The notes under the pieces are model-generated. The model searched no databases. It was not told where the DNA came from and saw only the letters and a program-made list of their open reading frames with translations. The translations under genes and the position numbers were made by a program. Below, one piece after another: positions 1 to 10,383 of a stretch of DNA of 64,000 nucleotides. Every line of letters starts with the position of its first letter. The stretch's first letter is position 1. Source of the stretch: Alphaproteobacteria bacterium (GTDB lineage Bacteria; Pseudomonadota; Alphaproteobacteria; Bin95); the NCBI GenBank assembly GCA_963665325.3, contig OZ224045.1, positions 1,664,001 through 1,728,000 on the forward strand, read 5' to 3'.

Positions 1-233
1 ACGATCATCAGGCCCTCGTCCGAATACAGGACGGCGCCGTCCTCCAGTGCCGCATCGCGGGGCAGGGCAAGGGCCACATCCCTTCCCCTGTCCGTTACCA
101 GGCGCATTCTGCGCCGCGGTGCGTCGACGCGCGCGATCCGCACGGTCTCCAGCGCACCCCTCGCCTCTGACGCATGAGCCCGGTCGTGCCACGGTTGCTC
201 GACGGTGCGGCCGAGCACGGCAGAGAGCACCAT
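1..233 (-). CDS. ureE: UreE-like urease accessory (Ni chaperone) protein, N-terminal part; runs off the window
   Basis: Not in the ORF track. Manual translation from ATG 233 (GGAGG upstream): MVLSAVLGRTVEQPWHDRAHASEARGALETVRIARVDAPRRRMRLVTDRGRDVALALPRDAALEDGAVLYSDEGLMIV. The RRRMRLVTDRGRDVALALPR..LEDGAVL segment matches the UreE N-terminal pattern. Confidence 0.7.
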   Translation of the reverse strand, partial: MVLSAVLGRTVEQPWHDRAHASEARGALETVRIARVDAPRRRMRLVTDRGRDVALALPRDAALEDGAVLYSDEGLMI

Positions 234-266
234 CGGCCCTCCGCCCGATGTCGCGTCGCCCGGCAC

Positions 267-1781
267 CTACATCGCCGTCCAGTCACCCGATTGTTCGAAC
301 GCATGCGCGGCGCGGTAGATGCTCGTCTCGTCGAAATGCCTGCCTGTCAGCATCATCGAAACCGGCAGCCCGTCGGACATGCCGCAGGGCACCGCCATGG
401 CCGGGTGCCCGGTGACGTCGAAGGGAGCGGTGTTGGCGAGCATCTCGAACGCCCGGGCGAAGGTGCCCTCTCGCGCATCGCCGGGGCCGGGCAACCTGGT
501 TGCCTTCAAGGGCAGGGTCGGCATGAGCAGGAGATCATGCTCGGCCAGCACGGCGTCATAGGCCGCGCGGAGCCGCCGGGCGATGTTCTGGGCCTTCGCG
601 TAGTACCGGCCCCGGTAGGCATTGATGCCGTACTGGCCCGCAAACATTGAAATCTTCAGTGTCTCGGAAAGCTCGTCGGCCCTGGCCCGCCAGCCTGCAT
701 GGGCATCGATCAGTGTCGGGGAGTACAGCCCCTTGTAGTTCATGCCATAGCCGTTCCCCTGCATCATCTGCCACTGCAGTCCTTCCAGCGCGATGGGGGT
801 CCAGACGACGATGCCCTGGCTGTGCATCGGGATCGAAACCTCGGTCACCGTGGCGCCAAGGCTCTCCAGCTTCCCGGCAGCGGCGCGGACCTTCGCATCG
901 ACATCGGCTTCTGAGTTCTCGTGCCCGAAGCCCTCCCTGACAACCGCGATCCTCATGCCCTGCACGCCCGCGCCCAGTGCCTCGGTGTACGGTGCCGTCG
1001 CCGGGTCGTACTGCCGGGGATCCAATCCGTCCGCACCGGCCAGGACCTCGAGGAACAGGGCATTGTCGGCGACGGTCCGGCTCATCGGGCCGGTGTGGTC
1101 GATTGTCAGCTCGATCGGCATCACCCCGGTATAGGGCACAAGACCATGGGTGGGTTTCAGGCCGTACACTCCGCAATATGCGGCGGGCATGCGGATCGAG
1201 CCTCCCTGGTCACCGCCAATCGCTAGGTCGACCTCGTTGGCCACCAGCAGCGCGCCCGAGCCGGATGACGATCCTCCGGCCGAATAGCCGGGCTTGCGCG
1301 GGTTTTCCACCGGCGCCGGACTGGACGTATGGCTGCCGCCCGACAGGCAGAAATACTCGCAGGTCGCCTTGCCGAGGATCGTTCCGCCCGCGTCCAGGAT
1401 ACGCTGGACGATCGTGGCGTCGACATCGGGAACAAAGCCCTCGAGCGTCGAGGCGCCGTTCATCATCGGCACGCCGGCAACCATGACATTGTCCTTGATG
1501 GCCACCGTCTTGCCTGCCAGCTTGCCCGTGGGCGCGCCCTTGATCTCGGATTTCCAGTACCAGGCGTTGTACGGGTTTTCCTCGGGTTTCGGGCGATGGC
1601 CGGGGGTGCGGGGCCAGGTCACCGCCGGGATCTCGTCGGGCATTTCGTCCAGGGCGTCGTAGCGATCGAAAATGCCCTGCATGTTCTCCAGGTAGAAGTC
1701 GACTTCTCCGCTGTCCATCGACATGCCCAGTTTCGCGATGATCCCGGACATCTGCGCGGTGGTAGGCCTCTTGATCGCCAT
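267..1781 (-). CDS. Amidase-signature family amidase (resembles amidases of nitrile-hydratase clusters)
   Basis: 504 aa. IKDN (Lys), GGSSSGS and GGDQGGSIR motifs of the Ser-cisSer-Lys triad. N-terminal MAIKRPT..ENPYNAW extension. Confidence 0.92.
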   Translation of the reverse strand: MAIKRPTTAQMSGIIAKLGMSMDSGEVDFYLENMQGIFDRYDALDEMPDEIPAVTWPRTPGHRPKPEENPYNAWYWKSEIKGAPTGKLAGKTVAIKDNVMVAGVPMMNGASTLEGFVPDVDATIVQRILDAGGTILGKATCEYFCLSGGSHTSSPAPVENPRKPGYSAGGSSSGSGALLVANEVDLAIGGDQGGSIRMPAAYCGVYGLKPTHGLVPYTGVMPIELTIDHTGPMSRTVADNALFLEVLAGADGLDPRQYDPATAPYTEALGAGVQGMRIAVVREGFGHENSEADVDAKVRAAAGKLESLGATVTEVSIPMHSQGIVVWTPIALEGLQWQMMQGNGYGMNYKGLYSPTLIDAHAGWRARADELSETLKISMFAGQYGINAYRGRYYAKAQNIARRLRAAYDAVLAEHDLLLMPTLPLKATRLPGPGDAREGTFARAFEMLANTAPFDVTGHPAMAVPCGMSDGLPVSMMLTGRHFDETSIYRAAHAFEQSGDWTAM

Positions 1782-1855
1782 GGTGGGTGTTCCTTCCGTG
1801 TTGTCGTGACAACGCGTCTCGGCCGGACCGGACGCGGTGTTTGCGCCCGGTGGTT

Positions 1856-3250
1856 TCAGAGCACTGGACGGCGTTCACCCCAGTCGGTCATGCGCTGATA
1901 TGCATCGCAAAGCCGGATCGACGTTGCCTCGCCGAACGGCCGGGCGATGGCCTGGAAGGCAACCGGCAGGCCGGCTTCGGTAAACCCGCAGGGAGTGGCG
2001 ATCGACGGCAGGCCCGTGACATTGGCCGGAGCCGAGAGCCTCACGAAGACCGGGGTTACCGGCTCGATGACGCCATTGCCCCAGTCCACGGTTTCCTGCC
2101 CGACCCTCGTGGCGGGCGACGGCACGGCCGGCGCGACGATCAGGTCGATGTCTTCATAGGCCTTCGCCCACGCCCGTTGCATCAACTGGCGAACGCGCAG
2201 GGCCTGAATATACCGGGTCGCGGGCATCAGCTCGCCCGCCTCCAGGAAGGTACGCACGTCGTCGGTGTAGAGATCCGGGTCATCGCGCAGCATCACCCTG
2301 TGGTATTCGCTGGCTTCCGGCAGGCACAGGGCAAACTCGACCGACATGATCTGGTCGGCATATGGGATCTCGACATCCGAGATCACCGCCCCTTCCGCCG
2401 CGAACAGGTCGATGGCGGCCCGCACGGCGACCTCGACCTCGGCGTCGCACCTGTCGAAATAGTAGTTGGTCGGAACGCCGATACGCAGACCCCTGACGTC
2501 CTGTCCCAGTGCCGCGGTGTAATCCTCGGCCGGGATATCGACGCTACCCGGATCGCGCGGGTCGTATCCCGCCAGCGCATTCAGGCAGACCGCAGCATCG
2601 GCCACCGTCCGCGTGAGAGGCCCGACATGGTCCAGCGACCACGACAGCGAGGTGACTCCGGCCCGGCTGCAGCGCCCGAAGGTCGGCTTGAGCCCCACGG
2701 TCCCGCACACGGCGGCCGGTATGCGGATCGACCCGCCGGTGTCCGATCCCATGGCCATGAACGTGCTGCCGACCGCAACCGACGCGCCCGAGCCGCCCGA
2801 AGACCCCCCGGGGATGCACCCGGTGTTCCATGGATTGCGCGTATTCGGCGTCGAAATGCCGTAGGCGAACTCGTGTGTGTGTGTCTTGCCGAGGATCACG
2901 GCGCCGGCTTCGCGCAACTGCGCGACACTGGCCGAGTCCGTCTGCGCGCTCCAGTTCTCGCGAACCTTCGACGAGGAGGTCGTGGGCACGCCCGCCACGT
3001 CGTAGAGTTCCTTTATGCCGACCGGGATGCCATGCAGTTCGCCGCGCCAGGCGCCGGCGGAAATCTCGGCTTCGGCGGCCCTGGCCTCCGCCATTGCGCT
3101 GTCGGCCAGGATGCAGGAGAAGGCGTTCAGCTTGGGTTCGGTTGCGGTCGCCCGGTCCAGGCACTCCCGTGTGACGTCGACGGGCGAAACCTCACCGGAC
3201 CTGATCTTCGCCGCGACATAGCGCAGGCTCATGTCGGTCAACGCTGTCAT
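1856..3250 (-). CDS. Amidase-signature amidase (GatA/AtzE-like)
   Basis: IKEL, GKTHTHEFAYG, GGSSGGS, GSDTGGSIR. ATG 3250 overlaps the stop of the upstream small ORF (ATGA). Confidence 0.9.
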   Translation of the reverse strand: MTALTDMSLRYVAAKIRSGEVSPVDVTRECLDRATATEPKLNAFSCILADSAMAEARAAEAEISAGAWRGELHGIPVGIKELYDVAGVPTTSSSKVRENWSAQTDSASVAQLREAGAVILGKTHTHEFAYGISTPNTRNPWNTGCIPGGSSGGSGASVAVGSTFMAMGSDTGGSIRIPAAVCGTVGLKPTFGRCSRAGVTSLSWSLDHVGPLTRTVADAAVCLNALAGYDPRDPGSVDIPAEDYTAALGQDVRGLRIGVPTNYYFDRCDAEVEVAVRAAIDLFAAEGAVISDVEIPYADQIMSVEFALCLPEASEYHRVMLRDDPDLYTDDVRTFLEAGELMPATRYIQALRVRQLMQRAWAKAYEDIDLIVAPAVPSPATRVGQETVDWGNGVIEPVTPVFVRLSAPANVTGLPSIATPCGFTEAGLPVAFQAIARPFGEATSIRLCDAYQRMTDWGERRPVL

Positions 3251-3456
3251 GGCAGGTCTCTCCACCGCGGATCAAAGGAATTCGTCGGTGGGGTTTCGCC
3301 GAGATCAACAGCATCGAGCGCATCGAGAAGGCCCAGGATGCCGTCGAGAGCAGGCGTGACGACTGCCCGTCTATCGGAAGTCAGTTCCAGCCGTGCGGCC
3401 CTGCCCAGTACAAGCAACTCAGACGGTTCGATCTGCTTGGGAACGGAGTCACTCAT
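3247..3456 (-). CDS. Small GatC/AtzG-like amidase partner protein (69 aa)
   Basis: AAGGAGG RBS before ATG 3456. MSDSVPKQIEPSELLVLGRAARLELTSDRRAVV..LDAVDLGETPPTNSFDPRW. Translationally coupled to the amidase. Confidence 0.7.
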   Translation of the reverse strand: MSDSVPKQIEPSELLVLGRAARLELTSDRRAVVTPALDGILGLLDALDAVDLGETPPTNSFDPRWRDLP

Positions 3457-4146
3457 CTGGAAGCCTCCTTCGGGTGCGTACCATTCATCCGCGGTACCAT
3501 AACCCAGCTTGGCGGGACTTCCGACTGATCGGGCGCGAGGGTGGCGGGTCCATGCCGTGACGTGCCGCCATATGCCCGACATCGGCTCTGAAAGGACGAT
3601 CATGGAACCGTGACCTGTCGGCCGCGTCGATCGTCGCCGAGCCTGAAGCGCCGTGACGATCGTGCCTTCCGCCCTGCGGGGACCCGTCCGACTGGCCCCG
3701 CCGGTCCGGACAGGGACGGTGTCGCCGCCGGCGAGCGGGCTCACGCGGCGCTCGTCGCCGACGAAATGGGGCGGATCCGGTGCTCCGGCTTGCATCGCAT
3801 TCACGGATCCGGCCGGGATGGCGCAGCGTCGTTTCCCGGAGCACCCCGCTCAGGCGAAGGCCCGGGCCAACCTGGTTCATTCCGACGGAATGTGAGGGTT
3901 CGGCCGGAACTGGACGTGAAAACTATCGTTTTGAATCAATGCGATCTAGGACAGAAAAAGTGACAAGGCGCCAGGCGGCGACAACGGTGTCGTCCGCTCC
4001 CCCGCCGCCGCACAGGCCCTGAAACAGTCCTGGAGATCGTACTGCGCCGCAACAAGCGGCTTGCACGTGTGCGGGTTCAGTGACCAATATTGCGGTGTTG
4101 GCGAAGACCTGTGCTTTGCGTCGGGTCAACGAGGTACTCCTGCAGT

Positions 4147-5031
4147 ATGGATGACGCGATCAAGCTGATCTTTGACGTTGCCGCCTTTGCATCGATCATG
4201 GTGCTCGTCGTTTCAGGGCTTGCGGTCATTGCCAGCTTGATGGGGATCTTCAACCTGGGTCATGGCGAATTCGTCCTGCTCGGCGCCTACACGGTCTTTC
4301 TGTTTCGCGAATGGGGTCTGCCGATCTGGCTGGGCATGATGGTGGCACCTTTCGTGGTCGGCGCGTTCGGCGCAGGTGTCGAGCGCACCGTGATCCGGCG
4401 ACTGTATGCCCAGCCCGTCATTGCGATGCTGGCCACCTATGCGATCGGACTGATCATCCGCGAAATCGTTCGCGGACTGATCGGCGGAAAGTACTACGCG
4501 ATCGAGGAACCGCTGGCCGGCGCGTTCCAGATGGGGGATATCAGCTTTTCGGTGTGGCGGACCGTGATCATCTGCGCGACCGTCGCAACCATGGTGGGTG
4601 CGTGGATGTTCCTGACGCGCAGCCGCGCCGGCCTGCAGATCCGCGGTGCGTTGGAGAACGCGGCGCTGGCGCGGGCGTCCGGTGTCTCGACCGCCCGCCT
4701 TTATGCGCTGACCTTTGCCATGGGTGCAGCGCTAGCCGGTCTGGCCGGAGCGCTGATGGTGCCCCTGTTCTCGCTGTCCGCGGACCTGGGCGTGCGTTTC
4801 CTGGTGCAGGCATTCCTCTCGGTCATGCTGGGCGGCATCGGCACGTTCAGCGGGCCTGTGATCGGTGGCGCGATGATCGGGTCCATGGTGCCCGGATTCC
4901 AGTGGCTGCGCGAGATTCCGGGCGTGGCCGGACAGGTCAGTCCCGTCGTCGCCGAGGTTCTGGTCTTCGTCACCGCCTTGATTATAGTGAAATTCTGGCC
5001 GAACGGCCTCATCAGCGCAGGGAGGAAGTAG
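4147..5031 (+). CDS. Branched-chain/urea-type ABC permease (UrtB/LivH-like)
   Basis: GIFNLGHGEFVLLGAY motif; many TM segments. Confidence 0.88.
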   Translation: MDDAIKLIFDVAAFASIMVLVVSGLAVIASLMGIFNLGHGEFVLLGAYTVFLFREWGLPIWLGMMVAPFVVGAFGAGVERTVIRRLYAQPVIAMLATYAIGLIIREIVRGLIGGKYYAIEEPLAGAFQMGDISFSVWRTVIICATVATMVGAWMFLTRSRAGLQIRGALENAALARASGVSTARLYALTFAMGAALAGLAGALMVPLFSLSADLGVRFLVQAFLSVMLGGIGTFSGPVIGGAMIGSMVPGFQWLREIPGVAGQVSPVVAEVLVFVTALIIVKFWPNGLISAGRK

Positions 5032-5032
5032 A

Positions 5033-6256
5033 GTGGCAATTCACAAGGGCATGACACGTCGCACCTTTCTACGCGGCACCAGCGCGCTCGCGGCAGCAGG
5101 CTGGACCGCCGTCGGAACGTCCTGGGTGCTTTCGCCCGAATGGGCGCATGCGGCGGGCCCGATCAAGATGGGCATCGCCACCGACATCACCGGTGCAATC
5201 GCCCCGGGCGGCAACTCGAACTGGCAGACCGCCCAATTCGCGGCCAAGCAGATCAATGAGGCCGGCGGCATCCTCGGACGGCCGGTCGAACTGATCCTGG
5301 AGGACACCGCGTCCGACCCCGGCACCGCGGTCGGCAATGTCCGCCGCCTGATCCAGCAGGCGCAGGTCGATGTCGTGCTGGGCGGCATCACGTCGGCCAT
5401 GCGCGAGGCGATCAAGAATCCGATCGTGCGACGCGGCAAGACGCTCTACATCTACCCGCAGCTCTACGAGGGTCAGGAGTGCACCCAGCATCTCTACTGC
5501 ACCGGTCCCACGCCGTTCCAGCAGTGTGGCGCGTTGCTGCCCTACCTGATCAAGGAGAAAGGCATGAAGCGGTTCGCCATGCCTTCGGCCAACTACATCT
5601 GGCCACAGCTTCTGAACGAGTGGGCGCGGCGCGTGATCGAGGAGAATGGCGCCGAGGTGGTGATGGAGGAGTACTTCCCCCTCGACCAGCTCGAGTATTC
5701 GGCGACGGTCGCCAAGATCATGTCGGAGGGCGTCGATCACGTCTTCAACACCGTCATCCCGCCGGGACTGCAGGCATTCACCAAGCAGCTGTACGAGGCC
5801 GGGTATCATGACAAGGGCGGAACTCTCAGCTGTGTCTACTACGACGAGAACTCGGTGAACTACGTCGCTCCGCGCGAGCTCGAGGGTGTCTATTCCTGCG
5901 TCGACATGTTCCACACCGTCGATGACCCGTTCACCCACCAGCTCATCGCCGACTACAACAAGATGTGGCCGGATTCGCCGTATCTCTTCACCGCCGGAAC
6001 CGCGGCAACCGGCATGTACCGGGGCATCAAGTTCTACGAAGCGGCCGTGATCGAAACGAACGGCGACCTGTCGCGGGAGGCGACAAGTGCCGCTATCGAC
6101 CACGCCATGATCGAGCAGGGGCCGGGTGGAGGCGCACGGATGGTTCCCGGAACCGGACACTGCGAGATGAACATGTACATCGCGCAGTCCAGGTCCGGTG
6201 TCTGGAACATCATCCAGGCAGACCAGGCGGTCGATCCGAAAGAATGCATCGGTTGA
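5033..6256 (+). CDS. Amide/urea-type ABC substrate-binding protein (AmiC/UrtA-like), Tat-exported
   Basis: TRRTFLRG twin-arginine signal; INEAGGILGRPVEL; YIYPQLYEGQE; ANYIWP motifs. Confidence 0.88.
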   Translation: MAIHKGMTRRTFLRGTSALAAAGWTAVGTSWVLSPEWAHAAGPIKMGIATDITGAIAPGGNSNWQTAQFAAKQINEAGGILGRPVELILEDTASDPGTAVGNVRRLIQQAQVDVVLGGITSAMREAIKNPIVRRGKTLYIYPQLYEGQECTQHLYCTGPTPFQQCGALLPYLIKEKGMKRFAMPSANYIWPQLLNEWARRVIEENGAEVVMEEYFPLDQLEYSATVAKIMSEGVDHVFNTVIPPGLQAFTKQLYEAGYHDKGGTLSCVYYDENSVNYVAPRELEGVYSCVDMFHTVDDPFTHQLIADYNKMWPDSPYLFTAGTAATGMYRGIKFYEAAVIETNGDLSREATSAAIDHAMIEQGPGGGARMVPGTGHCEMNMYIAQSRSGVWNIIQADQAVDPKECIG

Positions 6257-6265
6257 ACCGGAACA

Positions 6266-6294
6266 CGCGGCTGCGGGTCAGTCCCGCAGCCGCG
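6266..6294 (+). terminator. Intercistronic 12-bp hairpin after the binding-protein gene (mRNA stabiliser or attenuator)
   Basis: CGCGGCTGCGGG-tcagt-CCCGCAGCCGCG, perfect stem with no U-tract. Confidence 0.55.
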
Positions 6295-6319
6295 ACTGTC
6301 CTGCCCCGGACCTGACTAG

Positions 6320-7375
6320 ATGGCCCCGCCCGGCACTCCGCCCCGCAAGCAGCGGAAGATCATGCCGATCCTTGAGGTCGGCGTGCTTGTTGCGCTCCTG
6401 CTCGTTCCCCTGGTCACGAGCGACTTCCACACCATTATCGCCTCCCGCATGCTCCTGTTGGCGTTCCTGGCCATTAGCTTCGATCTCTGCTGGGGGTATT
6501 CGGGTATCATGACCTTTGGCCAGGCCTTGTTCTTCGGCATGGCCGGTTATGTGTCGGCCCTGTTGGCCAACAAGGCGGGCTTTGTCCAGATCTGGGGAAT
6601 CGTGCCGGTCTCGATGGCGGTCGGTCTGGTCAGTGCGTTCCTGATCGGCTGGTTCCTGTTGCTCGGCAGGCGTACGCCCACGATCATCTTTGTCGCGCTC
6701 GGCACGCTGACGGCGTCCTACGCGGCAGAACGACTGGTCGCAGGCTGGCAGTGGGTCGGAGCAGCAAACGGCATGTCGGTCTGGGACTTCCTGAAGGTCG
6801 GCCCCTACGAGATCGAGCCGGGCCCAACCTTCTACTACATCATCCTCGGCTTCCTGATCGTCTGTTACGTGGCCAGCCGATGGATCGTGCGCTCGCAGTT
6901 CGGACTGGTGCTGGTGGGCATGCGCCAGAACGAGGAACGGCTCGCCTTCTTCGGGTACAGGGTACAGCGGTTCAAGGCGCTGGTGTTTTCCTTCGCGGGA
7001 ATGGTCACGGGGCTGGCGGGAGGGCTCTACGCCTTCCACGAAGGGTTCATCGGCCCGGGCAACCTTGGCATCGTTCAATCCACCTACGCGGTTCTCTACG
7101 GTCTGTTCGGCGGCGTCGGGACCCTGCTCGGCCCGGTCCTGGGCGTCGGCGCCATCGAGATGATCGCCTTCAACCTGTCCGACATCGATGAGCTGAAACC
7201 CTACTGGCCGGTCGTGCTGGGAGCCATCATGCTCGTCGTCGTTACCTACCGGCCCACCGGGATCATGGGCTTCCTGGTCTCGACCCGCGAGCGCATCGGA
7301 ACCTTCGGCCTGATCAGGGATGCCTGGCGAGACCGGACGAAACCGGACGACAAGGGTTCCGGTGGCCCTGCTTGA
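6320..7375 (+). CDS. ABC permease (UrtC/LivM-like)
   Basis: DLCWGYSGIMTFGQALFFG; RQNEERLAFFGY; GGVGTLLGPVLG. Confidence 0.88.
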   Translation: MAPPGTPPRKQRKIMPILEVGVLVALLLVPLVTSDFHTIIASRMLLLAFLAISFDLCWGYSGIMTFGQALFFGMAGYVSALLANKAGFVQIWGIVPVSMAVGLVSAFLIGWFLLLGRRTPTIIFVALGTLTASYAAERLVAGWQWVGAANGMSVWDFLKVGPYEIEPGPTFYYIILGFLIVCYVASRWIVRSQFGLVLVGMRQNEERLAFFGYRVQRFKALVFSFAGMVTGLAGGLYAFHEGFIGPGNLGIVQSTYAVLYGLFGGVGTLLGPVLGVGAIEMIAFNLSDIDELKPYWPVVLGAIMLVVVTYRPTGIMGFLVSTRERIGTFGLIRDAWRDRTKPDDKGSGGPA

Positions 7376-8096
7376 AGTCAGCGGCGTTGCAAAGACCTTC
7401 GGTGCGCTGAGGGCGCTCGACGGCGTCAGCCTTTCGGTCGTGTCCAACAGCTTTCACGGGCTCATCGGGCCAAACGGGTCCGGAAAGAGCACGCTGCTCA
7501 AGGCCATTGCCGGAGACCACTTTGCCGACAGCGGGCGCATCCGGTTTGACGGTCGCGACATCACGACAATGCGCCCGGCGCGGCGGTCCCGTCTCGGTCT
7601 GAGTCTCAAGTTCCAGATCACCGCCGTGCTGCCGGAGCTCTGCGTCTATGACAACGTCCTGCTGGCCCTCCAGGCCCACCTGTCGATCTGGGGGCTTCTC
7701 AGGTCGAACTCGCGGCGCGCACTGCACGGAGAAATCAGCGAAACGCTCGACAGGTTCCAGCTGCTCGACCGGGCAGACGACCTGGCGGGCGAGTTGAGCC
7801 ATGGGCAGCAACAATGGCTCGAGATCGCCATGGCGTTGATGCAGCGCCCGAAACTCCTGCTGCTCGATGAGCCCACCGGCGGGATGAGCCCGGAGGAACG
7901 CCGGGCCACCGGCGAATTGCTGGCCCCGATCCGCGCGCACTGTGCGATGGTGATCGTCGAGCATGATCTCGACTTCATCAAGGATATCTGTGACCGGCTG
8001 ACCGTCATGGACAATGGCCGGATCCTGGATGACGGCACCGTCGAGGAAATAGAACGCTCGGCAAGGGTTCAGGAGGTCTACACAACCCGTGTCTGA
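7362..8096 (+). CDS. ABC ATP-binding protein (UrtD/LivG-like)
   Basis: Walker A GPNGSGKS, LSHGQQQWLEI, LLLDEP. GTG start overlaps the permease end. Confidence 0.9.
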   Translation: MALLEVSGVAKTFGALRALDGVSLSVVSNSFHGLIGPNGSGKSTLLKAIAGDHFADSGRIRFDGRDITTMRPARRSRLGLSLKFQITAVLPELCVYDNVLLALQAHLSIWGLLRSNSRRALHGEISETLDRFQLLDRADDLAGELSHGQQQWLEIAMALMQRPKLLLLDEPTGGMSPEERRATGELLAPIRAHCAMVIVEHDLDFIKDICDRLTVMDNGRILDDGTVEEIERSARVQEVYTTRV

Positions 8097-8790
8097 CGAG
8101 CCGCTTCTCCGTGTCGACGGGCTTTCCGCAGGCTATGGCCGCAGCCAGGTCCTGTTCAATGTCTCGATGACCGCTCCGCGCACCGGCGCGGTGGCCATCC
8201 TCGGGCGCAACGGCGCGGGGAAGACAACGCTTCTGAACACGCTGGTCGGCGAGATCACGCCGATGGGTGGCAGCATTGCGTTTGATGGCCAGGAGTGCGC
8301 CGGTGAGGGGACCGAACACCGGGTGCGACGGGGGCTCGGCTACGTCCCGCAGGAGCAGGCGATCTTCGGCTCGCTGACCGTTCGCGAGAACCTTGCGCTC
8401 GGCACAATGGCGCAGCCTGAGACAGTCAGCCTTGACATGGCCCTCGAGTTTTTCCCCAAGCTTGCCGAACGGCTAGGTCAGCAGGCCGGCACGCTGTCCG
8501 GCGGCGAACGCAAGATGCTGGCAATCAGCCGGGCGATCCTGGGCCGCCCGAGACTGCTTATGCTCGACGAACCCACCGAGGGTGTGTGGGTCGGGGTGAT
8601 CGAGGAGATCGCAGAGCGCCTGCAGCGCCTCGCGCGCGAGATCAGCCTGGTCATCGTTGAACAGCACGTGGAACTGGCGCTGCGCGTCACTGACCACGCC
8701 TATGTCATGGACCGGGGCACCGTGGCGCTCGACGGGCCCTCGGCAGAAATCCGCAACGACCCGGACCTGGTGCGCTACCTCGCGCCGTAG
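8089..8790 (+). CDS. ABC ATP-binding protein (UrtE/LivF-like)
   Basis: GRNGAGKT, LSGGERKML, MLDEPTEG. Confidence 0.9.
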   Translation: MSDEPLLRVDGLSAGYGRSQVLFNVSMTAPRTGAVAILGRNGAGKTTLLNTLVGEITPMGGSIAFDGQECAGEGTEHRVRRGLGYVPQEQAIFGSLTVRENLALGTMAQPETVSLDMALEFFPKLAERLGQQAGTLSGGERKMLAISRAILGRPRLLMLDEPTEGVWVGVIEEIAERLQRLAREISLVIVEQHVELALRVTDHAYVMDRGTVALDGPSAEIRNDPDLVRYLAP

Positions 8791-8913
8791 GACTGCGACG
8801 CGGCTGCCCGCAAGAACCACGGCCGAAGGGAACTGCACGCCGCTAGCATCCGGAAGGAACCGGTTGCCAGCAAGAAGGACCGATCTGACCTGAGCCGGCA
8901 CTGCGAGGCGGTA

Positions 8914-9768
8914 ATGGAGTGTACGATTGTAGATGTCTTTGCGGAGACGCCGTTGTCAGGCAACCAGCTGGCAGTGATTCGTGGTGCGAGTGATCTGGAC
9001 ACCGCCGCAATGCAGGCCATCGCACTGGAGATGAACTTCTCGGAGTCCTCGTTTGTCGTGAACGAACGGTCCGGGGAGGCGCGGGTGAGAATATTCACTC
9101 CGACCCGTGAGCTTCCGTTTGCCGGGCATCCGACCCTTGGAACGGCCTGGGTGCTGGGCCACGACCGTGATTCCTACAGCCTGCACCTCCGGGCCGGGTG
9201 CGTGCAGGTGACGTTCGAAGCGGGCGGTATTGCCTGGATGAAACCTCCGCCCGTCAAGCAGGGCGAAACTCTGGACGTACGATCGGCCGCCGCGTTGCTT
9301 GGATTGTCGCCGGACGATATCGATACGCGCTACCCTTGCGGGTTTGCCACGGTCGGACCGCGTTTCGCGCTCATCAGCGTCAACGGCCTCGACGTCCTGC
9401 GGCGCGCGAGGGTCCGATCCGACGCGTACACCGATCTCCTGGGAAGCAGCGAGATCGGCGTATTTGCCTTTACCGAGGGCGCCTACAGCGTCGACGCCCA
9501 CTTTGCCGCGCGCATGTACCACCACCGTGGACTGCGGGAAGACCCTGCAACCGGAAGTGCCAATACGGCGTTCGCCGCGCATATTCGCTCGCTAGGCGTG
9601 CGCGGCAACATCGTGGTCGAGCAGGGCTTCGAGATCGGTCGTCCGTCCCGGTTGTACCTGGACATCGCCGAGACCATCCGCGTCGGCGGAAAGGTCCGTC
9701 CGGTGATGACCGGTCGTTTCGACCCTGGCTGCGTCGATGCCGCCACTTCCGCAGGGACCGGACCGTGA
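8914..9768 (+). CDS. PhzF-family isomerase/epimerase
   Basis: VDVFAETPLSGNQLAV, EMNFSES, RIFTPTRELPFAGHPTLG, EDPATGSA, EQGFEIGRPS. Confidence 0.92.
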   Translation: MECTIVDVFAETPLSGNQLAVIRGASDLDTAAMQAIALEMNFSESSFVVNERSGEARVRIFTPTRELPFAGHPTLGTAWVLGHDRDSYSLHLRAGCVQVTFEAGGIAWMKPPPVKQGETLDVRSAAALLGLSPDDIDTRYPCGFATVGPRFALISVNGLDVLRRARVRSDAYTDLLGSSEIGVFAFTEGAYSVDAHFAARMYHHRGLREDPATGSANTAFAAHIRSLGVRGNIVVEQGFEIGRPSRLYLDIAETIRVGGKVRPVMTGRFDPGCVDAATSAGTGP

Positions 9769-9872
9769 GAGGCCTGTCGAGCCGGCAGGTGGCAACCTGT
9801 TGCACTGACCGGGACCATGCCCTGCCACAGGGATACTGATGTGGGTGTCGCCAGGCAGGAAGCTGTACCCGA

Positions 9873-10270
9873 AGCGCGTTCGCGGCGGGAACCACGGTTC
9901 AGCAGCGGACAGTCTGGCTGCCGTGGCGGGGCTATAACGCCCACCGCGGGCCGGACTGCCGGGTGCTGTCGGCAGCGGCGCTGCAGGCCTGCATGGCGAC
10001 CGCAGCGCCCCTGCACCCCGCCTGGAACCGCTGCTCGCCGGCCGTCCGCAAGCTGCATGCCAGGAACGCCGCGGTGCTCGGATTGACGCTGGATCGGCCG
10101 GTCGATGCGGTCGCGTGCTGGACTGCCATGGGACGGGACAGGGCGGGACGGGCATGGCCATTCGCATCGCCGAGGCCCGTGCCATCCCGGTGCTCAATCT
10201 CCGATCGATGGCGCCGCGGGCCGTCTGCGAGCGCCTGGCCGCGATCCACCGCGCCGTCCATCCGTCGTAG
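9873..10270 (+). pseudogene. Truncated, frameshifted SLOG/DprA-like protein
   Basis: Frame 1: SAFAAG..TVWLPWRGYN..LHPAWNRCSPAVRKLHARNAAVLG..PVDAVACWT. After a frameshift near 10135: GGTGMAIRIAEARAIPVLNL. No N-terminus or start codon. Confidence 0.65.
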
Positions 10271-10383
10271 AGGAAGAGAGGAGCGCCTGTCGGGCAAGTG
10301 CCCGGCAGGCCGGAGGGAGTGGTCCCCCGCGCCGATGCCGGGCAGGGCAACGGCAAAGGAGTTCCCGCCATGTTTCGTCGCGA

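Noticed and set aside
1856-3456. gatC-gatA translation genes
   Set aside because: No gatB, and the context is catabolic; treated as an AtzG/AtzE-like pair.
3457-4146. Possible guanidine or other riboswitch in the long divergent intergenic region
   Set aside because: No ykkC-type or other consensus recognisable by eye; an Rfam scan would settle it.
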